Positions 52,341 through 63,173 of a stretch of 64,000 nt of DNA are shown one piece after another (position 1 is the stretch's first letter; each line of letters opens with the position of its first letter). The stretch spans positions 372,001 through 436,000 of the forward strand of contig CP089275.1 in assembly GCA_023920165.1 (NCBI GenBank). The letters are read 5' to 3'. The stretch is from Curvularia clavata (Eukaryota). The position numbers and the translations under genes were made by a program. Under the pieces are notes generated by a model, which saw only the letters and a program-made list of their open reading frames with translations, did no database searches and was not told the origin of the DNA.

Positions 52341-55104
52341 ATGACTGCAATGCAGACGATGCCCAACTCGAGCGAACAGCGACGCGCTTCTAAGCGATCT
52401 TCCAACGCGTAGGGAACCCTTCCGATAGACGTGCATCCGCTTATCAGTGAAGGTGCTCACGGTGTCGACGGCAGAAGATCAAGTGCTCGGGACTGGAGCC
52501 TTGTTCAAACTGTACCAAGAGGAACTTGAGCTGTGTTTTTGACGATCGGGACAATAAGGTGCTGGTCACGCAGGGGTGAGTCAGGCCTTGTTTAATTTTG
52601 TTGAGATCAACAGGCACGATTCTGCTATCTGTCCCGAATCAGAAACCTATGTCGCCTTTTGGAATGCAATGGCAATCTGCAAACTGACTGATTAATAGTT
52701 ATCTCTCTGACCTGCAACAAAAGGTCGCTCGTTTGGAGCGAAGTTTGAGTCACATAGAAACTAACCCTGCCTTGGCCCGTGAATCTCGGGAGCATGGCGA
52801 GGATCAAGTTCAGGCTGGCAGCTTCCACCGGGAACAATCTCTTCAGCCCCCTCGTTGTGGTGACCGTGAACCGGGGGAGACCTCTCGATCGAGTCCTACA
52901 GAGACGCGGGACAACTCTCCAAAGACAGATCAGGGGAATGGGGAAAGCCATGAATTGACAAACCCCTTGCTTGAATCGCCCTCCAAGTTCATGGCCGCTT
53001 CATCCGGGAGGTCATTCTATTTAGGGACTTCCTCCAATTGGTCTTTCCATGGCCAGGTGCTGAATGTAGTTCATCAGCATATCCGCAGAACCCCTCTGCC
53101 CGGAACAGACTTCCTGTTCGATGGGTCGGCGTACGATCTTCCTTGGGTAAGTTGTCATAACTTGATACATTGAAGGCCTTGGCTTTGTGTACCTTGCTGA
53201 CTTGCATGCGATTCCCAGGACGGCACTCGTAGTGTGCTAGAGACAAATGCTCCTGTCATTCCAAGTATCGATTACGCCATATTTCTTGTCAATGCTGTCA
53301 AGTTCCATTGTGGTCAGTTGGTACATTTGTTTGATGAAGAAGAGTTCAACGCCAAGATGTATGCGTTCTACGGGAATGCAGAACCCAACAAGCCTCAGGA
53401 AGGCTTGTGGTATGTTCAGTTTCTACTAATCATTGCCTTTGGAAGGACACTTGTACAACGCAAACACCGAGCATCTAAGCCGCCTGGAGCCGATTTCTTC
53501 GTACACGCTCTTCAGCTACTACCTGATACCAGCCGATTGTGCCGAGAACCACTCTTGGCATCAGAGATACTATGCGGTATCGCTCTCTATCTGCAAGCAC
53601 TAGACTCGCGCAACGCTGCACATGTAACAGTAAGCTTTGTCTGTTTACAAATTTGTAACAATCACTAAGTATCATCAAGATAGGCCAAGCGATGCGAATA
53701 GCATTAGCAGAGGGTATGCACACGGACATGCCAGTTTCAGAACTAGGAGAAGCCTTCGTTCAGCGATGTCGCAAGATCTGGTGGTCCATCTATATTCTTG
53801 ACAGGCAGATGAGTTCGCAGATGGGCGTACCGCAGTCCATACGGGACGATGAGATAACGTGCCAGCTCACACACTTTCCTGGCTCGGTTCAGCGGACAGC
53901 GGCGTTGAAGATGCAGATCAGGCTCGCGCGTATATACGCGGATATAGCGAGGAGTAAGTCGGCTGAGCTCTGGTCACGGACATTATCCAACACGATGGCG
54001 ATCAAATCGGGCATAGGTCCGTTCCAGGCTAACAATACGCAGGCGTTTATGGCCCGAAAGGTCGGCTTCGTAAGAAGTTTGTCATTAGTATCAAGGCTCT
54101 GCTCGACGACATGGCAGCAATCGCAGAGGAACTACGAAATTCCTTCCCTTTGCATTCCGATGAGCGGCTCGGTGGTATATCAAGAATGCCTGCGCATCTG
54201 CATCTAATGTACTATCAGGTATGTCAATACTCCATGTGTGCTGCGTGAATGTAATATCTACCAAGTTTATCGCGCCGTACATGCATGTCTGAACTCAATG
54301 GAGCTGCTACATTGCGTTCCCCGCTGATCATTTTGCGTAGACAATCGTTGTAACAACGAGACCACTACTGTTTTGTTGTCTGAAGAAAGTGTTCGAGTCT
54401 CCAAAAGAAGTGGGACCGCTGGTATCGTCTCGCAAGATCAGGCCTCTGCTAAGCATGTCATTGGATGCTTCACAGAAGATTCTCAACATCCTTGAGAGCC
54501 TGCAAGAGCAGGACTTGTTAGGTATAACTAGTGTAGCGTATTGACAAGTCCATCAAAACTGACAGATTAAATAGAGACTTTTCTTCCATGGGACCTCGAC
54601 TCCCTCTTTGTGTCCACAATGGTTCTCGTCTTGATACGATTCGTCGATGATACCCTTTCCGAAAACAGTTCCGCCTGGATAAGCAAGGCCTTTGCTTTCC
54701 TCGATACCATGATATCAAACGGGAACAAAATTGCCGAATCCAGGGCTGCTGAGTTGCGTAAGCTGGAGGAACTGCTATCCGAGTACTCTGTAAACCGGAC
54801 TCGCCAGCAATACACGACACCTCTTCTACCTCAACAACAGCAACCCGTGGGTCAGTACCAACCACCACCAGATAGGAACTTGATGCGCTCCGACATGCAA
54901 TCGCCGCAAATCATGATGAATTCCGAAGCTATGGGGATGTATACTGCATTTAGCGACGAGAGTAGCGGATTCGGCGACGATTTGACTGCAGAGCAGATTC
55001 TTGCTGTGGCGGAGTCAATGGATCTGGGTACGACTGATTGGCTCAACACGCTCGCGACTATGGATACATATCAAATGGTGGATCCACAGGAGCATCACAT
55101 CTAG
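52341..55104 (+). CDS. Zn(II)2Cys6 transcription factor with fungal TF middle domain (Put3/PrnA-like)
   Basis: CSRCRRQKIKCSGLEPCSNCTKRNLSC after intron 52409-52452; YLGTSSNWSF; RCRKIWWSIYILDR..S..MG.P; about 7 introns; start may be 52341, 52350 or 52359. Confidence 0.92.
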
Positions 55105-55417
55105 AATGTTATTATATCGATCTGGGAGTTCATGAAAACGGCGAGAGTTAAGTAACAAGGTCTTGGGATGTTCTTGCAAGTGTTCGGCTCATGGTGCATC
55201 CAAAACACATACAATGCAGAAATTAACCATAAGAGATGTGGCGTGTAGTAAGATGATACGGAGCAGGCTCTGCAGGGGAGACCTTTGGTTTGTTTCGGCA
55301 CATTTGTCACAAGCAAGGAGTTCTCAGTCATGTCAAACTCGACAGTCAATTTTCAGAAATAAAACGATAGTCTAATTCGCGCTCCAATCTGGGCTATCCA
55401 ACCATGAACCCACAACA

Positions 55418-56799
55418 CTACAACTTCGCCCTGACCGGTTGCTCGGACAGATCGCGGAGCTCTCTGACATCTCCCACTCGCCAGCTCACGTCGGCTTCTT
55501 CAATCGTCTCGCCATTGACGGGCTTCGGTTCCCTCCACCGCCACCTCTTGATCGGCTGCTGTCCGCCCGACGCGTTCAACAGGTCACGCACCCAACTACC
55601 TACGATAGGGAACATCTTGAAACCGTGACCGGAATCGCCGGTCATGACCATAACCGAAGCCGATGTCTTGGGCACGTAGTCGATGATGAAATCCGAGTCA
55701 TCGGTATCAGCGAACCAGCACAGTGACTTCTTGACCAACGGTCGGTCCGCAAGGTGTGGCAGTGTCTGACGGAGGAGCTCCTTCATCTTGAGCTCATCCT
55801 CGTACGGTACAAAGCGGTTGACTTCTTCCGGCGCTTTCGACACACCACTTGAAGGATCCGTATTGATGTAGCCGCCGCCCATCGGGCACAGCTTGAGGAG
55901 GTTCGTCTTCGGGTCTGGCTCGAAAAAGAAGCCCAAGTCACGGGCATATACAACGGGAATACCGCGGAGCGCCGCAGTCTCGTCGTCAGTGAGGCGTACA
56001 TGGCCGACAGACCACGACTTTGCTGAGACATTGGTGCTCAGCTCCGGCAGAATCTTGTGCGCAGCAGCTCCTACTGCAACAATAATGAGGGATGCAGGGT
56101 GCACGCGACCATCCTGGGTTCGTACACCAGTGCCCCGCCTCCCCCGACTGGTGTTCTCATAGACAACTTCCTCAACCGCGCCGACCTTCTCACCGAGGAA
56201 AAACCTCACACCGTTAGACCTCGCAGCACGATAAACACCACGCAGCGCATTCGCAGAGTGCACGTAGCCGTCATATGTGTTTATATAGCCTCTCCATCCG
56301 GGCAGAGCGCCAGTGAACTGCCAGCATGCTTGAAGGAGATCTTTACGGTCACTAACCTTACGGACGAAAGGTCTTATGACGGAGCTGCGCTCTGCCGCTG
56401 CTTGAAACCGCTCCATTGTGTCGACGGCCTTTTGGGGAGCAGCTTCCGAGCAGCAGTTTAGAAAACCGACACGGTGGAAGTAGGGGGCGTAGAAGGGTGT
56501 TTGCCATTCTTTCATTGCTTCCTGATTCCTGGGTTAGATGGGGGTGTTTTTCTTTTTCAGCAAACGCAATTTGAGGGGGGGAGGCATACGATTGCAAGAT
56601 CAGTGTACCAGTCGTCCTCATACTCTGCTCGTGCAATCTTATTGAGATCGTTTGCAGCGGACCAACGCGAAGGAATCTCTTCGTCCTTCTCGAAAACAGT
56701 GATGTTGGTGTATCCGTTTCTTGAGAGCTCGAGCGCTGTGGATAGACCAAATGCACCGCCGCCAATAATAGCAATAGGTTCGCTCCCAGGAAGAGTCAT
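55418..56799 (-). CDS. FAD-dependent oxidase of the sarcosine/pipecolate/fructosyl-amine oxidase family with PTS1 -AKL
   Basis: IIGGGAFG, SAANDLNKI, LCWFADT (flavinylation Cys), GDSGHGFK; intron 56589-56522. Confidence 0.93.
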
Positions 56800-57070
56800 T
56801 TTGAGTAGCTGTAACTATTCAATGAAACTGCGGTGCAGGAATGTGTCGCAGAGATGTCCCTACTTTGTAAACAACACGTCGCGAAGCGATTTTGCAACAA
56901 TCTCAACTACAATCAGGCGATGCTTGGCCGGCATCGGAATTACCGGAATAGGAACTGACGATATGCAATTGCGGGGAATTGACGCAGGTAGTGGGGCAAC
57001 GCGAGCTGGTGCCCTACGGGAGGCCTGCCGATGTATTGTCTATCATCATGCACATGCATTGAACTACTGA

Positions 57071-57181
57071 CGGAATGCTTACCGTATGGCTTCAAATTGA
57101 TCCCATGATAGCATACCGTTAACGGAGGCCACGATGCGCTTCTGGAACAAGGCAATGAATACGAGATCGGGCAATTAACCG
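57071..57181. promoter_or_regulatory. Two CGG-N8-CCG sites in the divergent oxidase/membrane-protein promoter
   Basis: CGGAATGCTTACCG 57071-57084; CGGGCAATTAACCG 57168-57181. Confidence 0.65.
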
Positions 57182-57335
57182 AAAGCTCAACACATCAGCC
57201 AGTGACCATTTTGGTCCGCGTTACATACACGTAGACTTGGGCGATTGGATGTATGTGCTTGAGAATTTGTGGACATCTTGGTTTGATATAGTTGGAATTG
57301 GGAAACTGGCCTTTTTTCGCTTCATCACTGTTCTC

Positions 57336-58239
57336 ATGACGGAGCTTGTCGAAACTCAGAGCATCACTCGAGGTTGGCGAAACAGTCGACTTCCTAGCTA
57401 CCTAGCCGGCGATGTTTCTGCAGCTTGCCTCTCAGCTACACTCATATCGCCCATTCTCACGGCGATAGACAAGTGGGTCCCCTTTCACACTTCTCCATTT
57501 TCATATTGTAACCTCTCATAGAGCTGTCGTCGAAAATGTCTCCTCAACCACGCGGCCCCTCTCAACCGCACTGAAAGAAAACATACTCTGCACCATCCGC
57601 TACCCAAAGTCATTCTTTGCTGCAAAACCCTTCTTCTACATGTGGATGCTCTATGCAGCCACCTACACTACTGCCAACAGCCTGAACACCCTCACTAGCA
57701 TCTCCATGAGCAAGTCCTCAGAATTCCTTGCCAATTCACTCATCTTCATCGCAACGTGCACCGTCAACGTTCCACTCGGGGTCTACAAAGACATCTGCTT
57801 CGTGCAAACGTTCGGCAGGCGGCCCCCAGGACCCGTGAATACGCCTCAAACTAAACCACCGCTTCCCCCTCGATCTCCCACCAAATTTCCCAAAGCTGTA
57901 GCAGCAACTTTCCTCGCTCGCGACGCCATTACCATCCTGGGCTCCTTCACCCTCCCGCCCATGCTCACACACCGCATCCCCATCGCCGATCCCGCGGCGC
58001 AAATGGCGGCGGCGCAGCTGCTGGTGCCAGTCCTGTCGCAATTAGCGGCAACGCCTGTGCATCTTCTGGGGCTGGACTTGTATTCGATTCCTGGAAAGGG
58101 AGAGAGAGGAGAACGGGCGCGGCGGATACGAAGAGGATTAGCAGGGACGACGGCGGTGCGATGTGCTAGAATTGTGCCAGCGTTTGGGGTGGGGGGAATT
58201 GTGAACACGGGGTTGAGGGGGTGGTTCAGGGGGGAGTAG
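57336..58239 (+). CDS. Uncharacterised membrane protein, mitochondrial-carrier-like (resembles the S. pombe SPBC365.16 family)
   Basis: SPILTAIDKAVVEN, LYAATYTTAN, GVYKD, FLARDAITI, TPVHLLGLDLY, RIVPAFGVGG..N; intron 57473-57521; family call from memory. Confidence 0.8.
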
Positions 58240-58855
58240 AGGATGGTGGTATGAGGGCAGAGAGGTTGTGAGGGTTCGAATTGAATGTTGATAATATGTG
58301 GGGACGGCGATTAAACAACCGTTGTGTTTGTGGCCAACATCCAGCTTCTAGATAGGCACGTTCCAGAACAGCAGCTTCTTTGGAACTACGACTGTGTTAC
58401 ATTGTTTTTTATGTTTATGCACCTTCATTCTTGGTGAGTGGCTCAGATATGAAGCACACTTAGAAAACCGGGGATAAAGAACATTCAAAAGCGGCAATAG
58501 CAGATCATTTCTACCAAGTGTATATCGCGTAAGAGCAAGCCGCATTAGGCAATGGAACAAGTATGATTACGAATGTGCTAGTAGCCAAGCTAGGTATGCA
58601 TACCACGAGCACTAGGATATTCGAAACTGGGCAGCCATCTCAAGCTTCAGGCACCAATAAAGCCAATGGAGCTTCTCGATATCGATTCATTCGCTTCAGT
58701 GTTCGTTGCATACTAGATGCAGACGATTCGATAGTCGGTTCCAGAAGGCTACCATCGGCTTCTACAGGGCTAGAGACAAGAGTAACCGCCCGGATCATTA
58801 TTCCGTTATCGATCACGCACTACACGTATAAGCTAAAACGCGGCGCTCTGCGAAT

Positions 58856-58869
58856 CGGCTGCCTGTCCG
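58856..58869. promoter_or_regulatory. CGG-N8-CCG site, proline dehydrogenase promoter
   Basis: CGGCTGCCTGTCCG, with TTATC GATA-type sites nearby. Confidence 0.65.
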
Positions 58870-59120
58870 TTGTATGACTACTTATCGGGAGCAGCATGCG
58901 TTGCTCATGGGTTAGCCTACTTTGTCTACGGAAGCACAGATCTCGCTGGAGAAGCAGATGCGGGGTTGTCGTTTTCAGGTGCCTGTGTATGGCTTGGTGG
59001 GGTATACAGCAAGTATATGAAGATGGTTATTTTATTGTAATGGTCCGCCATTTGGTCTCGAGGCTACCTTGCCCATTGAACGTTTCTTCGCTCAACTAAG
59101 AGACGCTACCCGGAATAACA

Positions 59121-60653
59121 ATGCTACCATATAGGATCGGTGTGGCGACCACAAGGAGATTGGCAAAGAATAGGTTGGCCACTGTATCTTGCCTCCAGGT
59201 TCGGTGGCACACTGGTGTCATTCCACCGACGAGGAATGTCGGAGCACACACAGGAATGAGCAATGATACAACAACAATATCGCGGACGACAAAAGTATTC
59301 TCTCAAGAGGTAGCAGCATCAGATGCACCATTGTAAGTATGATTATGGCCCCTCGTTCTGGCCTGCACAAGCAGTGGGAACAACTCAAAAACCTCCACTG
59401 ACAAAATCATGAGAGCAAAAATGCCTCTTGAGATGTTCCTTCGATCTTTTTTCATAGCCACCATATCTTCTAAGAGATACCTTTTGATACCCTCCTTGAA
59501 ATTGTTGTCATTTTTCGCGAAACCAGGCAGGAGCTACCTTTTCAACGTGGATCGGAATCCCGTCCTCCATGGAATCCTCAAGAAGACTTTCTATAACCAG
59601 TTTTGTGCGGGCGAGTCGAAGCAGGAGACGAAAGCTTGCTGCAAGTCTTTGAACAACCTCGGTTTCAGAGGAGTCATCCTCACATACGCCAAAGAGATGG
59701 TGTTCAACCACAAGAGCAAAGCATCGAGCGTCCACGCTGAACAAGCAGCAAAAGCAGAGACCGTATCAGCACATGATCCCGTGATCGAAGAGTGGCGCGT
59801 AGGAACGCTCGCCACGGTCGACATGATCGACAAAGGCGACATCCTCGCACTCAAGACTACCGGTGGCGGGCCCGCCGTGGGAGAGGCCTTCCACAGAGGC
59901 GAGCTGCCGCCACAGCAGATGATGGATGCCCTCGACGAGATTGCAACCAGGTGCAAAGAACGCGGAATCCAGATCATCGTAGACGCCGAGTCGCAGTACT
60001 TCCAGAAAGGCATCGCTCGCACGGCGCTCGAGCTGATGCGGAAGTTCAATCGCGAGCCCAAAGTCGTCATCTACAACACATATCAGGCGTACCTAAAGAA
60101 CCAACCCAGGTATCTCCAGCAGCATCTCGCTGAGGCAGAGAAAGATGGCTTCACTCTCGGCTTGAAGCTCGTTCGAGGCGCGTACATGTTGTCTGACGAC
60201 CGGTCTCTGATCCATGATACAAAGGAGGACACTGACGCAGCATACAACGGCATCATGGAGGGTGCCCTCCAGCAGAAGCTCTGGGATTTTGGTGTCTCGC
60301 GACCGTTCCCGGCGCTCAACCTATTCCTTGCTAGCCACAACAAGAAGAGCGTCATCACGGCACAGCGATTGCATGTGCAGCGGGAAAAGAGTGGATTGCC
60401 TACAGTGCCGGTTGCCTTCGCACAGCTGCATGGTATGTCGGATGAGGTTGGTTTTTCGCTTCTGAAGGAACAGTGCGCAGACGGAAAGGCACCAGATGTT
60501 TTCAAGTGCTCAACCTGGGGGAGCATGGGGGATTGCGTGGCGTATCTTTTGCGGAGAGCGGTAGAGAATCGGGATGCGGTGTTGAGGACTAAGGATGAGT
60601 TCGATGCATTGAAGAAGGAGTTCTGGAGACGGATGGGACTTAGGAGAGCGTAG
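59121..60653 (+). CDS. Proline dehydrogenase family (PRODH), divergent paralogue with mitochondrial-type presequence
   Basis: FYNQFCAGE, VDAE, YNTYQAYLK, KLVRGAY, ASHN, AQLHGMSD, YLLRRAVEN; Arg-rich, acid-poor N-terminus; intron from 59333. Confidence 0.95.
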
Positions 60654-61081
60654 GAGACAGGTTTCACGTCATAAGCGCATGAAACAACATGAATAAAGTC
60701 ATAAGATTGATATTTGTTTGTTTCCCAGATCTTTGTGGGTTTTGTAATCAGCAGTGTTTCTCTTCGCTCCGACTCATTCCCGTCTCTGAGCAGCTATACA
60801 CAGCTGTACGTTGTAGGTCATTCTTGAGACTGTCTCACAAGCACGGAAATGTAATCGTCTATTCGTGTATGTCGGGCCCTATGTCTTCAAGCGACTCGGG
60901 CTGAATATCCCCAAACCAAGAGGTTGCCATGAATATCTGTGTTCTTGGAAAGACATCCGCCTATTTAGATACAGAAAGCGTCTGACTCATCCATACACAT
61001 TGCTAGGCATCATCATCTCTGCGGATCGATGGTGTCATGAACGATAATAATGCATCGCGATGTGGGGCAGGGGCACCCAAT

Positions 61082-61095
61082 CGGCGAGGCAGCCG
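61082..61095. promoter_or_regulatory. CGG-N8-CCG site, P5C reductase promoter
   Basis: CGGCGAGGCAGCCG. Confidence 0.65.
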
Positions 61096-61224
61096 TTGCT
61101 ACTTCGGCCGAAGGGTAACGCCGGCTCTCAGCAGAAACGATACACAAAACGTATCACCGAACTTGCGTAAAGTATTATTTCTCCTTGTTTGTAGAAACTT
61201 ACCAAACGATAATACAAGAACAAC

Positions 61225-62199
61225 ATGGCTGGCTCTACTCTGTGCATTCTTGGCTGCGGTAAATTATAAGACCCCAACGATAAAATCACCATCTCACATA
61301 GAACCCCAGGCAATCTAGGAACATCCATATTGGAAATTTTAATCGAGGCCCCAGAAGGCTCCGGAGTCTGTTTCACGCATTTCATAGCCTGTGTATATAG
61401 TGCTGCATCGGAAGAACGGTTAGCAAAGCGCTTTCCCAAGGAGAAAGAGTCTGGGAAACTTGTCATCTCTCGCAACCAGAACGCACGTGCAGTCTCAGAT
61501 GCCTCAGTCGTGATTCTAGGCGTGGATCCCGCAGACGTCGAAGCAACTCTAAAGGACGACGGCGTCGCAGCGGGTCTGAGGGGCAAACTTGTTATCAGTA
61601 TTGCCGCAGGTTGGTCGCGCGAAAGCCTACAAAAGATCATCTCCTCTGCCCAAGGATCACCAAGCAGAGATGAGAGAACATGGGTCCTCCGCACCCTTCC
61701 CAACGTGGCGGCGCAGGTGTCCCAATCGCTCACTGCAATCGAAGACCCAGACCCAGACATGCCTCACAAGCACATCAAAACTTGCGAAGCCATCTTTAAC
61801 CAGCTCGGCCGCACGGTGCAGCTCGCTCCGAAACTCATGGCTCCCGCATCTGCCGTGGGTGGCTCGACACCCGCCTTCTGGGCCATCATCTGCGACGCCT
61901 TTATTGATGCGTCTGTTGCAGTGGGCGTCCCTAGAAAATCTGCGCAAGAGATGATATATCAGAGCATGCGGGGCTCGGCGGAGATGTTGCAGAGTGGAAT
62001 TCAGCCAGGGGAGTTGCGGGATATGGGGACGAGTCCGGAGGGGTGCACAATTGGGGGGATTATGGTTATGGAGGAGATGGGGGTGAGGGGGGCGTTAGGA
62101 AAGGCGCTGAGGGAGGCAGTCACGCTTGCACGTTTGATGGGCAGCGAGAGGGAAGGGCTGCATATTAATGATACGAGGGAGAATACGGGTAGGCAGTGA
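61225..62199 (+). CDS. Pyrroline-5-carboxylate reductase family (divergent paralogue)
   Basis: LGCGNLG across intron 61259-61309, VISIAAG, RTLPNVA, GSTPAF, TSPEGCTIGG. Confidence 0.93.
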
Positions 62200-63173
62200 G
62201 TGGCTGAGAGTTAGAAAAATGAGGGATGATCCCAAAAATGGGTAGGCGATGTTCAACCCTCGCTTTGAATATGAGAACGACTTGCTATTGTTCACTAGTT
62301 GAACCATATTTTTCTTTTATTCAAAAGACTCTCAAGCCACATGCGACATGACACTGCACGAGAACAAGTAGGCATACGATAAAATAACGATACAAAGAAA
62401 GAACATTGAACACAAGAATCTAGTTTGAACCTCAAACCTAGTTTCTAGCTTTAATTGGCCTCTTTTACTTGCACTTGAATAGTCAATTCTTAGTCTAGAA
62501 ACTGCTCCAGTTTTCTTAAAAACAAATAACAGTGGAGCTATGATCTCCAAGCACGCTGCAGTGAAGCCATGTCGTTACCTCCTACTCCTGCACTGTCTTA
62601 ATATAGGAGGCGAGTGCGACCAGCTGGTTGTTCGGCATGATAACTTTAACTCTTCGGCTTTACACTGAGTTCTCTTTTCAGTGTAAGACAGGAGATATCC
62701 TACTCACCATGTGCAGCATTGCCTGGCGACTCACTAGTAGCCTTTACTCATATTATTCTTATTCTTGCAGGTCTAGAGGCTTTCTGAAATTATTACTTAA
62801 CATATAGTCATGTGCAACTTTTCTGATCTCAAACACCAGAAAACGAAACTAACAAAGATCATGGACACAATCTCGGAAAATATAAACTGCCTAAAAGCTT
62901 ACCTTTCCCCCACGATATCCACTCCAAAAACATCTATGGAAGTAGGGAGAAAGACGTGGTAGATTAAAGATCATAAAGATCAAGTATGTATGGTGTCACC
63001 CTCGACTGTTAAATTTCTAGAACAAGCTCAGCGACAATAACCTTCTCAGAGTAAAGTAGTCAGGCGATCACTCTCTGTTATTCATGGAACAATACCAACT
63101 TCGCTGTTCCTTGCCATCCCCCTAATCCTTGTATGAATCAGGCTTACTCCGGGCCTAATCTTGTTCCACTTGC

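Noticed and set aside
47759..62199. Calling the cluster the canonical prn/PUT proline-utilisation cluster
   Set aside because: No P5C dehydrogenase; extra oxidase, aminotransferase, P5CR and membrane protein; the site spacing is N8 rather than Put3's N10. Gene symbols were therefore withheld.
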